From positions 306,892 to 370,891 of the forward strand of contig JAXLYJ010000005.1 in NCBI GenBank assembly GCA_046351515.1: 64,000 nt of DNA, read 5' to 3'. Origin of the DNA: Polyangiales bacterium. GTDB taxonomy: Bacteria > Myxococcota_A > Polyangia > Polyangiales > Ga0077539. This document shows positions 46,218-57,043 of the stretch, piece after piece. The position numbers and the translations under genes are program-made. Each line of letters starts with the position of its first letter. Position 1 is the first letter of the stretch. A model generated the notes under the pieces. It searched no databases and was not told the DNA's origin. It saw nothing but the letters and a program-made list of their open reading frames with translations.

Positions 46218-46280
46218 CCGAGCACGCGCCGCCCTCCTGGGTTGGCGGTCGAGCGGTGATGGCCACAGCGCAGGTTCGCT

Positions 46281-48416
46281 TTGGACCGCTGCGGGCCTCA
46301 TCACGGGCTCGGGTTGCTGCGGAACACCCCGGCCCTGTGTCATCGTTGCAGAGTCGTGCAACGCCCTCGACCGTCGTTCGGCTTCTTCGCGGAGCGTTCT
46401 GGCTTCGGGTCGCTTCGAGACCGTCGCTCGCTCGCGACGGTCGCGGCCGCGCTCGCGCTCGTCACGCGCAGCGCAGTGTCCTCGGCGCAAGCGCAGCCAC
46501 GGGTCACGGCGCCGAGCGCGGCGACGAGCGCCTGCAACGCTGCACAACGCGGGTTCTCCGCGGCGGTTCACGCTGCGCAAGCGAGGCTGCGACCCGCTCG
46601 AAGCGGGACGGTCTCGACGTGGCCGTTCAACCAGTGCCTCGCCACGCAGCACGGCGTGTGGCGACTGACCGTGGATGATCCCGTGGTGCGCGCGACGTCG
46701 TACGGCGCGGTGCTCGCTGGAGGCACGGTGAATGCGGTGTTCTACACGGCCACCGGCGCGGCGATCCGTGCGCCGCACGAGCTCTTGGCTGAGCACGGAG
46801 CGGTCGCGACTCGGCCCTCGGGCGCGGTCGTCGGGGTCGAAGATCTCGACGCTGACGGAGCGGCCGAGCTGCTGCTGCAGACGGGACCGACGCCCAATCG
46901 CTCGATGCGCGCGCTGACCGTGCGCAACGGCGCGATCGAAGTGCTCACGCTTCGATCGACGATCAACGTGAACGCCGTGGCGAGCGTCGATCACGATGAG
47001 CGCCGCGAGCTCGTCGAGTACGTGCGATTTCAGCCGCCCTCGAGCTGCGAGCAAGACAGTCCGGCGGTGCGCGCGGTCGAGGCGCTGACGATCGCGGCGT
47101 TTCACGACGGCGGCGCGTTTCGCGCCGATGGCGATCAGGCGCGGGCGCTGTTGCGCGGTCAGTGTCCCGAGCGGCCGGCGGTGATCGTCCCGCATCAGGG
47201 CATCAACAACAGCAACGCCGACGAGGTGTTCGAAGAGGCGATGCGGCGCGTGGCGTGCGCGCGCGTTTGGGGGATGAGCGCTGAGGCGATCGCGAGGACG
47301 TTTCCATCACGATGGCCGACGGTTTGGAGCTGCGTGACGCCCGCCGTGGTCACCGCGTTTGCCGCGAGTATTCGACCGCCGGTCACGCTCGCGCCGATGC
47401 CTCGCGTGACGCTCGCCGCCGACGCAGAGACGCACGTCGAGGGGATCGACGTGGATGATTTCGTACCCGAGGGACGAGCCACAGACGAGGCGCTTGCAAA
47501 CGTTACGCGCGCGTGCCGAGCGAACGAGACGCGCGTCGCAGCGACGTACGCCGCGCTCATTCGCCAATCGAGACAGAGCCTGTCGCAAGACGAGCTCGAC
47601 GACTTCTTCGGGCACTACGGCAATTGTTTCGTCGGTGAGTCGCGCGACGCGTGGGTCTCGACCTTTGTTCGAATGCGCTGGGATCCGTCGGCCTCCGACG
47701 ATGAGCCCGGAATCCGCGGAACGGGCCGCGTCGCGTACCTCGGCGCGCGCGCGACGCTCTTCGACGCTCCGACGACGATCGAGCGCTTGTACGACAGCTC
47801 GACGTTGCGGCAGGTCTTCGCCACGTACGATTTCGACAACGACGGGATGAGCGAGGCGATCGTGCGCAGCTACAGCTCGTCCAACGAGTCCGAGGGTGAT
47901 TCGACGATCGAGATCATGACGGCGCGGGGAGGTTCGGTGCACGCGTACGAGCCGCAGGGCGGCGTTCCAGAGTTCGAGCGCATGATCGACTACGACGACG
48001 ACGGACGACCGGACCTGTTCAACTTTCGCTCGTTTGTGCTCACGTCCGACGACGAGGGCGGCGCGGTGTACGGCCTGAAGACGATCGCTCACGGTCGCAA
48101 CGACGGAACGTTCTCTTCGGACGACACCGTGGCTCGCGATTTCGTCCGCGCGCAGTGCCCCGCGCCCCCCGAGCGCCTCGTCCAGCTCGAGGGCGGTGAC
48201 ATCGACCGCAGCGTCACGTTCAACGCGATCCTCTGCGCGCGCTTCTACGGCGAGAGCTCCGAGCGCCTCGTGCATCGATTGTTCGCCGACACCGCGCAGT
48301 TGGAAGACGGAGACCGCGCGTGGCTTCGCGTCGCCGCGCAAGCAGCGCTCTGGCGTACGCCGTTCGCGCTCATCGCCCCGTCGCCGACCGCTGCGCGTGG
48401 CGCGAATCGCCCGTGA
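46281..48416 (+). CDS. Large hypothetical secreted protein (possible Tat-like signal RRSLATVAAALALV) with two QCPxRP...VACARxWG modules and DxDxDG Ca-binding-like loops
   Basis: ORF. True start uncertain. Motifs AMRRVACARVWGMSAEAIART, FNAILCARFYGESSERLVHR, QCPERP and QCPAPPERL. DFDNDGMSE and DYDDDGRPD are FG-GAP/EF-hand-like loops. Confidence 0.45.
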   Translation: MDRCGPHHGLGLLRNTPALCHRCRVVQRPRPSFGFFAERSGFGSLRDRRSLATVAAALALVTRSAVSSAQAQPRVTAPSAATSACNAAQRGFSAAVHAAQARLRPARSGTVSTWPFNQCLATQHGVWRLTVDDPVVRATSYGAVLAGGTVNAVFYTATGAAIRAPHELLAEHGAVATRPSGAVVGVEDLDADGAAELLLQTGPTPNRSMRALTVRNGAIEVLTLRSTINVNAVASVDHDERRELVEYVRFQPPSSCEQDSPAVRAVEALTIAAFHDGGAFRADGDQARALLRGQCPERPAVIVPHQGINNSNADEVFEEAMRRVACARVWGMSAEAIARTFPSRWPTVWSCVTPAVVTAFAASIRPPVTLAPMPRVTLAADAETHVEGIDVDDFVPEGRATDEALANVTRACRANETRVAATYAALIRQSRQSLSQDELDDFFGHYGNCFVGESRDAWVSTFVRMRWDPSASDDEPGIRGTGRVAYLGARATLFDAPTTIERLYDSSTLRQVFATYDFDNDGMSEAIVRSYSSSNESEGDSTIEIMTARGGSVHAYEPQGGVPEFERMIDYDDDGRPDLFNFRSFVLTSDDEGGAVYGLKTIAHGRNDGTFSSDDTVARDFVRAQCPAPPERLVQLEGGDIDRSVTFNAILCARFYGESSERLVHRLFADTAQLEDGDRAWLRVAAQAALWRTPFALIAPSPTAARGANRP

Positions 48417-48565
48417 GCGCTCGGCGATACGCCGCATCCGCGAACCGCTGACCCCCGCGATGTCACAGCGGCTCTGCCTTCGGTTGGCGACACGCGACTC
48501 AGAGATCTCCGCATATTTCCCAGGAGATTGCTCGTGGCGTGCAGTCCTTCCGGCCGGGCTCCGCG

Positions 48566-49956
<1,391 letters not shown>

Positions 49957-49960
<4 letters not shown>

Positions 49961-50552
49961 CGACTCGCGTCTGTCTCGATCGGCATCGCCTTCACGCGCG
50001 CAGAAATCGCACGAAAATCAGGGTGCTTCGCGTCGCGCAAGAGGTCGAACACGACCGTCTCTGCAGTGGTGATCTTCGCGCCGCACTCGCGGAGCGTCTC
50101 GAGCGCGACCCTCTTGCACTCAGGGTCGCGCGAGGCGACGGCGTCGAACGGGACATGCACCTGGTAGCCCTTGTGAAGGAGATCGCGCACCGTTTGAAAC
50201 ACACACACGTGCGTTTCCATTCCAGTCACGATGACGGTGCGCGCGTCGACGAGCGCGAGCGCGTCGGTGACACCCTTCACGCAGCACGCTGAGAACTGCG
50301 TCTTCTCGAACACGGGCACGTCGAACGCGTCGAACATCGCGCGCACCGCCGGAACGGTGTTTCCCAGGCCCTTGGGGTACTGCTCGGTCGCCACGGTGTG
50401 CACCTTCAGCAGCCGCGCGGCTTCGAGGAGCAGCTCGTGCGCTGCCACGATCCGGCGCTGATGCGGCGCTGGCATCGCAGGCAGAAGGCGTTCTTGCACG
50501 TCGACCACGAGCATCGTCGTGCGGTGAGGATCGAGCTTGAGTGCGTCCATGG
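49957..50552 (-). CDS. Isochorismatase-family (cysteine) hydrolase
   Basis: Internal start MDALKLDPHRTTMLVVDVQ inside ORF 49957..50811, whose upstream part overlaps rluA-like and was rejected. VDVQxxL plus VTGMETHVCVFQTVRD match the isochorismatase fold. Its stop overlaps the response-regulator start (ATGA). Confidence 0.7.
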
Positions 50553-50583
50553 CCCGTGGATCGTAGTACAGTCGCGTCGCTGC

Positions 50584-51312
50584 TTGGCTGAGATCGAGAC
50601 GCTCTACGAGGACCGCGCGATCGTCGCGGTGCACAAGCCCGCGGGCTGGACGGTGATCCCTGCGCGAGACGAGCCCGAAGAGCGATGTCTGCGCGCTCGG
50701 CTCGAAGCCTCGCGAGGCGAGAAGCTCTGGGTGTGTCACCGCATCGACCGAGACACGAGCGGCGTCGTGCTCTTCGCGCGCACCGCAGAGGCGCACCGCT
50801 CGGTGAACCATGGGTTCGAGTCGCGCTCGGTCTCCAAGCGCTACGCGGTCTTCGTCCGCTCATCGAGCGCGCTCGCCGACTCGGGCGCGATCCGCGTCGC
50901 GCTGCACAGCGCGCGCAAAGGAAAGATGCGACCCGCGCTCGACGGCGAACCGGACGCGCTTTCAGCAGAGACCCACTGGGAGCTCATCGCCGCTCGCTCG
51001 GCGAGCGTGGGGTTTGTCTCGCGGCTCGAGGCCCGACCGAAGACCGGGCGACAGCATCAGATCCGCGTGCATTTTCGCTGGATGAACGCGCCTCTCCTCG
51101 TCGACTCGCTCTACGGCGCCGCTTCTTCGCGCGCCGATGGTGAGCTCGGCGAGGGCAGCCCCGCGCTGTCGCGACTAACGCTGCACGCCTCGAGCCTGAC
51201 GCTCGCGCACCCGACGAGCGGCGCGCCGCTCACGATCGACGCGGCCCTGCCCGAAGACCTCGCCGCGCTCGACCGCTGGATCGTCGACGGTCAATCGAAG
51301 CGCTCGGAGTGA
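50584..51312 (+). CDS. RluA-family pseudouridine synthase
   Basis: HRIDRDTSGVVLFA (catalytic Asp motif) and GRQHQIRVHF are RluA/RsuA family signatures. TTG 50584 start proposed inside ORF 50398..51312. Confidence 0.75.
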   Translation: MAEIETLYEDRAIVAVHKPAGWTVIPARDEPEERCLRARLEASRGEKLWVCHRIDRDTSGVVLFARTAEAHRSVNHGFESRSVSKRYAVFVRSSSALADSGAIRVALHSARKGKMRPALDGEPDALSAETHWELIAARSASVGFVSRLEARPKTGRQHQIRVHFRWMNAPLLVDSLYGAASSRADGELGEGSPALSRLTLHASSLTLAHPTSGAPLTIDAALPEDLAALDRWIVDGQSKRSE

Positions 51313-52001
51313 ATTCGCTCTCGCGAAAACCCGAGCTCGCCCTTCAAGACGGCGCGCACTTCTTTGACCATTCGCTGCAGCCCGCAGACGTACGCGTCCA
51401 CGTCGCCGCCGAGCTCGTTCACGAGCTCTCTGCAGTGGGTCTGCACGTAGCCGCGTCGACCGCTCCATGACTCGTCGGCGCGAGAGAGCGTGGGGACGAA
51501 GCGAAACCGCGCGGGGTGCGCGCGCTCGAGCGCCTCGAGCTCGTCGCGATACAGCAAATCACGGTCCGATCGCACGCCGAGCAGCAGCGTGAATCGCTCG
51601 TCGCACTCTCGATCGGACAGCGCGGAGAGCAGCATCGATCGCAGCGGCGCGAGGCCCGTGCCCGTCGCGATCATCAGCGCCGGGCGAAGCACGGGGTCGA
51701 GCGTGAAGAAGCCTTGCGCGTGCGAGATCTCGAGCGACGCGCCGTCGGCGAGCGTGTGCAGCGCCGTTGATCCAGGGCCGCCTTCGACGCGCGTGACCGC
51801 GATCTCGAACTGTCCGTCGGCGCGGGGAGGGGAGGCGATCGAGTACGATCGCGTCACAAACTCCTGGTTTTCGACAGGGATTCTGAGAGAGACCCACTGA
51901 CCTGCGACGAACGAGAAACCCTCGCCTGGGTCGAGCGTGAGCTCGCGAACGTTGTGTGTGAGCGCTCGTGTCCTGGCCACGCGCGCGGTGCGGAGAGACA
52001 T
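51291..52001 (-). CDS. Ferredoxin-NADP reductase-like FAD/NAD(P)-binding oxidoreductase
   Basis: RSYSIAS (RxYS FAD motif), MIATGTGLAP (NAD(P) motif), C-terminal YVCG. Likely start MSLRTARV. Confidence 0.75.
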   Translation of the reverse strand: MSLRTARVARTRALTHNVRELTLDPGEGFSFVAGQWVSLRIPVENQEFVTRSYSIASPPRADGQFEIAVTRVEGGPGSTALHTLADGASLEISHAQGFFTLDPVLRPALMIATGTGLAPLRSMLLSALSDRECDERFTLLLGVRSDRDLLYRDELEALERAHPARFRFVPTLSRADESWSGRRGYVQTHCRELVNELGGDVDAYVCGLQRMVKEVRAVLKGELGFSRERIHSERFD

Positions 52002-52057
52002 CGCGCGGGACGATAGCGCCTTCGCGCGCCGGGCCAAGGCGCGCGTGAAGCGCGAGT

Positions 52058-52750
52058 TCAGAAGCGACCCGAGAGCCCGATCGAGGCGCTGCGCGGGTCG
52101 AGAGAGGCGTACGGCGCGACGGTGGTGAGCGCGGCGCGAAGGCGATCATCGCGCAGGTCCAAGCGGCTCGCGATGGCGATGGACGCGTACCAAACGGCGT
52201 TTGTGGCCATCGACGCGGCGAACAGGTGGTTGATCGCGGGCGTGACGTCTTGCGGAGGCGTGGCCCACGCGGCGGCGGCCCAGGCTCCGTGGCCGAGCGC
52301 GGCGAGGCTGAAGAACGCGGTTCCGATCCACGCGGCGCCGCCCTCGGGCCCGCGCGTGGGACGGCTAAACGGAACGACCGCGAAGATCGTCCCTGTGAGC
52401 GTCTGAAGCACGCCGTTGATCGTCCAACCCACGGAGTATCCGACGAGGTTGCTGTGCGGCGGTGCCTGGGTCGCCGCGTAGATTCCCCCGACGAGCTGAG
52501 GCGCGCCGATGGTGAGCGTCACTCCAGCGAAGGCGCGCCAACCGCGGGTATACGCCTCGTCCGAGCGCTGCCTCTCGCGCCAGCGCAGGGCGCTTCGATA
52601 GCGTTCGATGCAGGCGTTGTTGTCGGCGAACGTGCAGTCCGTGGTGGACGGAAGGTCCAAGCCCGTCTGCGCGAGCGCGTTCGAGGCGAGCCACGAAGAC
52701 GAGATCGCGAGCGAAACAGCAGAGAGGGCCACGGTCGCAACGAGTCGCAT
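52058..52750 (-). CDS. Hypothetical secreted protein, possibly small outer-membrane beta-barrel (C-terminal Phe)
   Basis: Signal peptide MRLVATVALSAVSLAISSSWLASNALAQ. Alternating aromatic/aliphatic pattern. Terminal ...SIGLSGRF. Confidence 0.4.
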   Translation of the reverse strand: MRLVATVALSAVSLAISSSWLASNALAQTGLDLPSTTDCTFADNNACIERYRSALRWRERQRSDEAYTRGWRAFAGVTLTIGAPQLVGGIYAATQAPPHSNLVGYSVGWTINGVLQTLTGTIFAVVPFSRPTRGPEGGAAWIGTAFFSLAALGHGAWAAAAWATPPQDVTPAINHLFAASMATNAVWYASIAIASRLDLRDDRLRAALTTVAPYASLDPRSASIGLSGRF

Positions 52751-52812
52751 TTGCCCGTCAAACGCCGGACGAGCGCGACGCTTACACCCCTGACCGCTGC
52801 TTCGACACCCTC

Positions 52813-54849
52813 TCAGTCGAAGGTGACAGTGTTGATTTGGCCCGCGGACACCGAGACGTTTTGTGTGCGAATGCGCGCCGGCGGCGTGAGGCAACGAACG
52901 ACGTGCTCACCGGCGTCGAGCATGAGGCGAACCGGAGCGCGCCCTGCTCGTCGACCATCGACGCTGACCTCGCACTGCGAGGCGCTGGTGATCATGAGCG
53001 AGCCGGTGGTGCTCGAGGCCCGAGCGCTGCTTCCGTTGCGCGCGTTGCGAGAGGGCTCGCTCGTGCGGGCGACGCTGCTGTCCGCGTTGTTGCTCGTCTC
53101 GGGCGAGGTCGTGCGCGCGGCGATGGCTGCCGTGTTGACGTCGGGGTTCGCTTGCGGAGGGTCGCGATCGACCGTCGGCGTTCGCGTCGCTTGGGGCTGC
53201 GCGGGCTGTTGCTGCGGCTGCGTGGGCTGCGGCTCTGGCGCTTGCTGCACGGGCGTCGCGCGGAGCTGCACGGGAACGGTGTGGTTCTCGTTGGGCAGCA
53301 GCGTGAGCTGGAGCGAGTCGAACCCAGGCGCAGTGACCTCGATGGCGACCGGCGCGTTGGAGCGGGGTACGAACGCGGTGTTCGACCCGTAGATCGGCAC
53401 GCCACCGACGACCAGCCGTGCGTTGGGCGGCAGCCCGACGAACGTGAACGTCACCGTCGCGGACGGCGTCGAGTTGGTGCTGTGCGGCGTGGGGCGGGAC
53501 ATCATGTACGCCGCGAACGCTCCGCCGAGGATCGCGATCGCGACGAGCACCGCAGCGATGATCGCGTTGCGCGTGCGATTGGGCCCGGTGAAGAGCGCTG
53601 CCGGGCCGCGCGTGGTCGAGTTGCGCTGCGAACGCCCCGCGCCCGCGAGGGGCAGGAGCTTCGGCGACTTCTGGCTCGTGTCGGGATCGATCGAACGAAC
53701 GGTGGTCGGAACGTCTTCGTTCGTCGTGTCGTAGAGCGAGACGGCGGCGGGCGTGCGCACGGTGTCTCCGCCGAACTCGAAGGCGGGATCCTTCGGCACG
53801 GGCGGAGAGGAAGACACTGCCGGCGCGAGCGGCTGGGGCTCAGGCAGGTGCTGCGGAGCCTTGAGCACTTGCATCGGGACCGAGGCGTACTCGCGGTGAC
53901 GCTCGATGAATTGGCGGATGTCCGCGAGCATCTCCGAGGCGTTGGTGTACCGTTTGACGCGGTCTTTTTCGAGCGATCGATCGACGATGCGCGACAGCTC
54001 GAGCGGCACGTCGAACTGCGAGAGCGACGGGTGCGGCTCGGTGATCACCTTGACGATCTGATCGTTGTACGTCTCACCGTCGAACGGAACGCGTCCCGCC
54101 AGGCACTCGTACAGCACCACTCCCACCGCCCAAAGGTCCGCGCGCGCGTCGAGGTTGCGCTCGCCGCGGGCTTGCTCGGGGGACATGTAGTGCGGCGTTC
54201 CGACGGTGGTGTTGGTCTGCGTCACGTTGAGCGCGACGCCATCGCCGGGGTTGATCGCCTTGGAGATTCCGAAATCGAGGATCTTGACGTGCTGCTCGCC
54301 GGTGACCGAGCGCGTGAGATAGATGTTCTCGGGCTTGATATCGCGGTGAATGATCCCCTGCGCGTGCGCGACGGCGAGCGCCTGCAGCACCTGCGCGATG
54401 ATCGTGATCGTGTCCGCGACGTCGATCCGTCGCTGACGCATGAGCAGCGTCGCGAGGTCGTGCCCGTTCAACAGCTCGAGCACGAGGTACAGCGAACCGT
54501 CGCTGTCTTCTCCGGCGTCGAGCACCTCGACGACGTTGGGGTGCTGGATTCGCCCAGCCGCTTGCGCCTCGTTGATGAACCGCTTGGCCGCGTCGCCGGT
54601 CTGGCGATGGTGCGCGTGCAGGATCTTCACCGCGACGCGTCGGCGCGTCATCGCGTGCTCGGCCTCGAACACGACGCCCATGCCGCCCCGGCCCAGGATG
54701 CGAAGAAGTCGGTACTTGCCTGCGACGACAGATCCGATTTCGCGTTCGATCGCGGCTGCAGACAAAGGTGAGGCTCCTCCGACGAAACGTCGCTGGGCAC
54801 GACGGCCAGCTTGCGCACGAACATACCCCGGTCGCAGCCCGCGAGTCAT
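52813..54849 (-). CDS. Serine/threonine protein kinase with TM segment and C-terminal PEGA domains
   Basis: GRGGMGVVFEA...VAVK (ATP site), HRDIKPENI, DFG, GTPHYMSPE. TM segment AIIAAVLVAIAILGGAFAAYMM. Pro/Gln-rich linker and PEGA-like C-terminus. Confidence 0.85.
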   Translation of the reverse strand: MTRGLRPGYVRAQAGRRAQRRFVGGASPLSAAAIEREIGSVVAGKYRLLRILGRGGMGVVFEAEHAMTRRRVAVKILHAHHRQTGDAAKRFINEAQAAGRIQHPNVVEVLDAGEDSDGSLYLVLELLNGHDLATLLMRQRRIDVADTITIIAQVLQALAVAHAQGIIHRDIKPENIYLTRSVTGEQHVKILDFGISKAINPGDGVALNVTQTNTTVGTPHYMSPEQARGERNLDARADLWAVGVVLYECLAGRVPFDGETYNDQIVKVITEPHPSLSQFDVPLELSRIVDRSLEKDRVKRYTNASEMLADIRQFIERHREYASVPMQVLKAPQHLPEPQPLAPAVSSSPPVPKDPAFEFGGDTVRTPAAVSLYDTTNEDVPTTVRSIDPDTSQKSPKLLPLAGAGRSQRNSTTRGPAALFTGPNRTRNAIIAAVLVAIAILGGAFAAYMMSRPTPHSTNSTPSATVTFTFVGLPPNARLVVGGVPIYGSNTAFVPRSNAPVAIEVTAPGFDSLQLTLLPNENHTVPVQLRATPVQQAPEPQPTQPQQQPAQPQATRTPTVDRDPPQANPDVNTAAIAARTTSPETSNNADSSVARTSEPSRNARNGSSARASSTTGSLMITSASQCEVSVDGRRAGRAPVRLMLDAGEHVVRCLTPPARIRTQNVSVSAGQINTVTFD

Positions 54850-54980
54850 CAGGGGAAGTCACCGCCGACCAAACCCGCCATTTCGCACAGCGGTCGGCCG
54901 GCTTTTCGTCCACTTTGTCGCGCCTGCCCTGCGCTTTGATCGAACGAGCGTCAGCGTGAATCGTCGCCTTCGCTGCCCGT

Positions 54981-56102
54981 TTGCGTCACGATCGCCGCTC
55001 GCTCATGGCTCCGAGACTGCCCGTTCTCGCGTCGCGCGCCGACGCGACCCGCGCCTGTACGTTTTGCCCGAAGCTCTGTCGACCGGCGTGTCCCGTCGCG
55101 ACGGTGACCGCCAACGACGCGCTCTCTGCGTGGGGGATCATGGGCGCTCTGCACGCGGTCGCCTCGGGCGCGAAGAGCGCCGACGCCGAGACGTTGGCCT
55201 CGTCCTACGCATGCACGGGCTGCGAGCACTGCCAATCGCACTGTGAGCTGTCCGTCGACGTCGCCAGCGCGGCGCTCGAGGCGCGCTCCGTCGCGCACAG
55301 CAACGGAATGGAGCCCGAGGCAGTGCGGTCCTTCGTCGCGGAGCTGCCCGCGCGCGCAGAGCGGGTGCGTGCGCTCGCAGAGCGGATCGGCGCGGTCGAC
55401 GCGGCCCCGACCGGCGTCGTGCTCTTCGCGGGGTGCACGATGGTCGCGACCGCCCCGAGCCACGTCGCGGCCGCGCAGCGCGCGATCGAGCGGCTGATCG
55501 GTCCGATTTCGCTCGTGGCGGACCTGTGCTGTGGAGCTCCGTGGTTGGAGGCCGGGGACGTCGATGGGTTTCGTGCGCGCGCTGAAGCGCTCTCGGACCG
55601 AGTTCGTCGGGCGAGCGCCGTGATCGCGCTCGATCCTGGCTGCGTTCACGCGATGCGCGTCCGAGCTCCGCAGCTCGGGGTCAACGCTCGATCGATGGAG
55701 TGGCTCGAGCAGTTCTTTTTGCAGCGAATCGAGCGACTTCCGCAGAGCGCCCTGGCCGCGATGGGCCGCTTCGCCGTTCACGACTCGTGTCGCGCGGGGC
55801 GTGGGCTGCGCTCGTACGACGCGCCGCGCGCGGTGATCGAGCGGCTCACCGGCGTTCGCCCCATCGAGCTCGCGATGAACCGAGAGCGCTCGCAGTGCAG
55901 CGGCGGCGGCGGTCTGTTGCCCGTCACGTCGCCCTCGACGGCCGATGCCATCACCGACGAACTCGCGTTGCTCGTGCGCGACTCGGGCGCCGACCACGTC
56001 CTCGTGGGCTGTCCCACCACCAAGCACAGACTGACGCGCGTCGGCATCTCGGCCTTTACGTTGAGCGATCTGTTCTGCGAACTTGGGCGAGGAGAGGCAT
56101 GA
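54981..56102 (+). CDS. (Fe-S)-binding oxidoreductase with CCG-type cysteine-rich domains (GlpC/LutA/HdrD-like)
   Basis: CTFCPKLCRPACP and CTGCEHCQSHCE ferredoxin-like motifs, plus two CCG motifs (CCGAPW, CSGGGG). Its stop overlaps the next start (ATGA). Confidence 0.6.
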   Translation: MRHDRRSLMAPRLPVLASRADATRACTFCPKLCRPACPVATVTANDALSAWGIMGALHAVASGAKSADAETLASSYACTGCEHCQSHCELSVDVASAALEARSVAHSNGMEPEAVRSFVAELPARAERVRALAERIGAVDAAPTGVVLFAGCTMVATAPSHVAAAQRAIERLIGPISLVADLCCGAPWLEAGDVDGFRARAEALSDRVRRASAVIALDPGCVHAMRVRAPQLGVNARSMEWLEQFFLQRIERLPQSALAAMGRFAVHDSCRAGRGLRSYDAPRAVIERLTGVRPIELAMNRERSQCSGGGGLLPVTSPSTADAITDELALLVRDSGADHVLVGCPTTKHRLTRVGISAFTLSDLFCELGRGEA

Positions 56103-57043
56103 CGCAACGCAAGAGCATTGACGTGGTGGTGAACCCTCGCGCGGGCGCAGGTCGCGCCGCGAGGCTCGTGGGTGACCTCGTTCGAGAGCTCGCGCGGCGC
56201 GGCTGGGACGTGGAGGTTCACCGCACCGAACGCCCGGGACACGGCGGGGTCATCGTCCGAAAGCTCATCGACGGCGGCGCCAAGACGATCGCGGTCATGG
56301 GCGGCGACGGCTCGTTTCACGAAGGCGCGCAGGGCCTGCTCGACCGCGAAGGAAACCTCGATGTCCGCGAGGCCACGCTCGCGTTCGTGCCGGCTGGGAC
56401 GGGCGGTGACCTCAAGAAGACCCTCGGCGTTCCGGATGATCCTGCGGACGTGGCGAAGTTCATCGACGAGGCGAGGCCGCGCAAGATGGACCTCGGCCAG
56501 CTCGATCATCGATCGCACGAGGGGCACGAGGCGCGTCGGTTGTTCGTCAACATCGCGTCGTTTGGCGTCGGCGGTCTGGTCGACAAGCTCGTCAACGAAG
56601 GGCCCAAATGGCTCGGCGGAAAGGCGACGTTCTTCCTCGGGACGCTGCGCGCGAGCCTCGCGTACAAGAACGTGAAGGTCCGCGTCGAGTGCGACGGCGA
56701 GCCCTTCTACGACGGCCCGATGTACGCGATCTCCGTCGCCAATGGCCGCTATTTTGGCGGCGGAATGATGATCGCTCCCGACGCAGACCCGTTCGACGGA
56801 ACGTTCGAGGTCATCGCGCTCGGCGACATGGGCCGCGTGCAGTCCACGCTGCTCGCGACGAAGATCTACAAGGGCTCGCACTTGCAAGAACCCCTCGTGA
56901 GCCACCGCCGCGCCAAGGTCGTACGCGCCTTCGCGACCGGCGTCGAAGACTGCTTGCTCGACGTCGATGGCGAAGCGCCCGGCAAGCTCGACGCGACGTT
57001 TACAGTGCTTCCTTCAGCGGTCCCCGTGTTGGTGCGCGCTTGA
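56099..57043 (+). CDS. Diacylglycerol-kinase-catalytic-domain lipid kinase (YegS/BmrU family)
   Basis: VVVNPRAGAGRA...IAVMGGDGSFHEGAQGL...GTGGDL are DAGK_cat signatures. Its stop overlaps the next start (TTGA). Confidence 0.75.
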   Translation: MTQRKSIDVVVNPRAGAGRAARLVGDLVRELARRGWDVEVHRTERPGHGGVIVRKLIDGGAKTIAVMGGDGSFHEGAQGLLDREGNLDVREATLAFVPAGTGGDLKKTLGVPDDPADVAKFIDEARPRKMDLGQLDHRSHEGHEARRLFVNIASFGVGGLVDKLVNEGPKWLGGKATFFLGTLRASLAYKNVKVRVECDGEPFYDGPMYAISVANGRYFGGGMMIAPDADPFDGTFEVIALGDMGRVQSTLLATKIYKGSHLQEPLVSHRRAKVVRAFATGVEDCLLDVDGEAPGKLDATFTVLPSAVPVLVRA

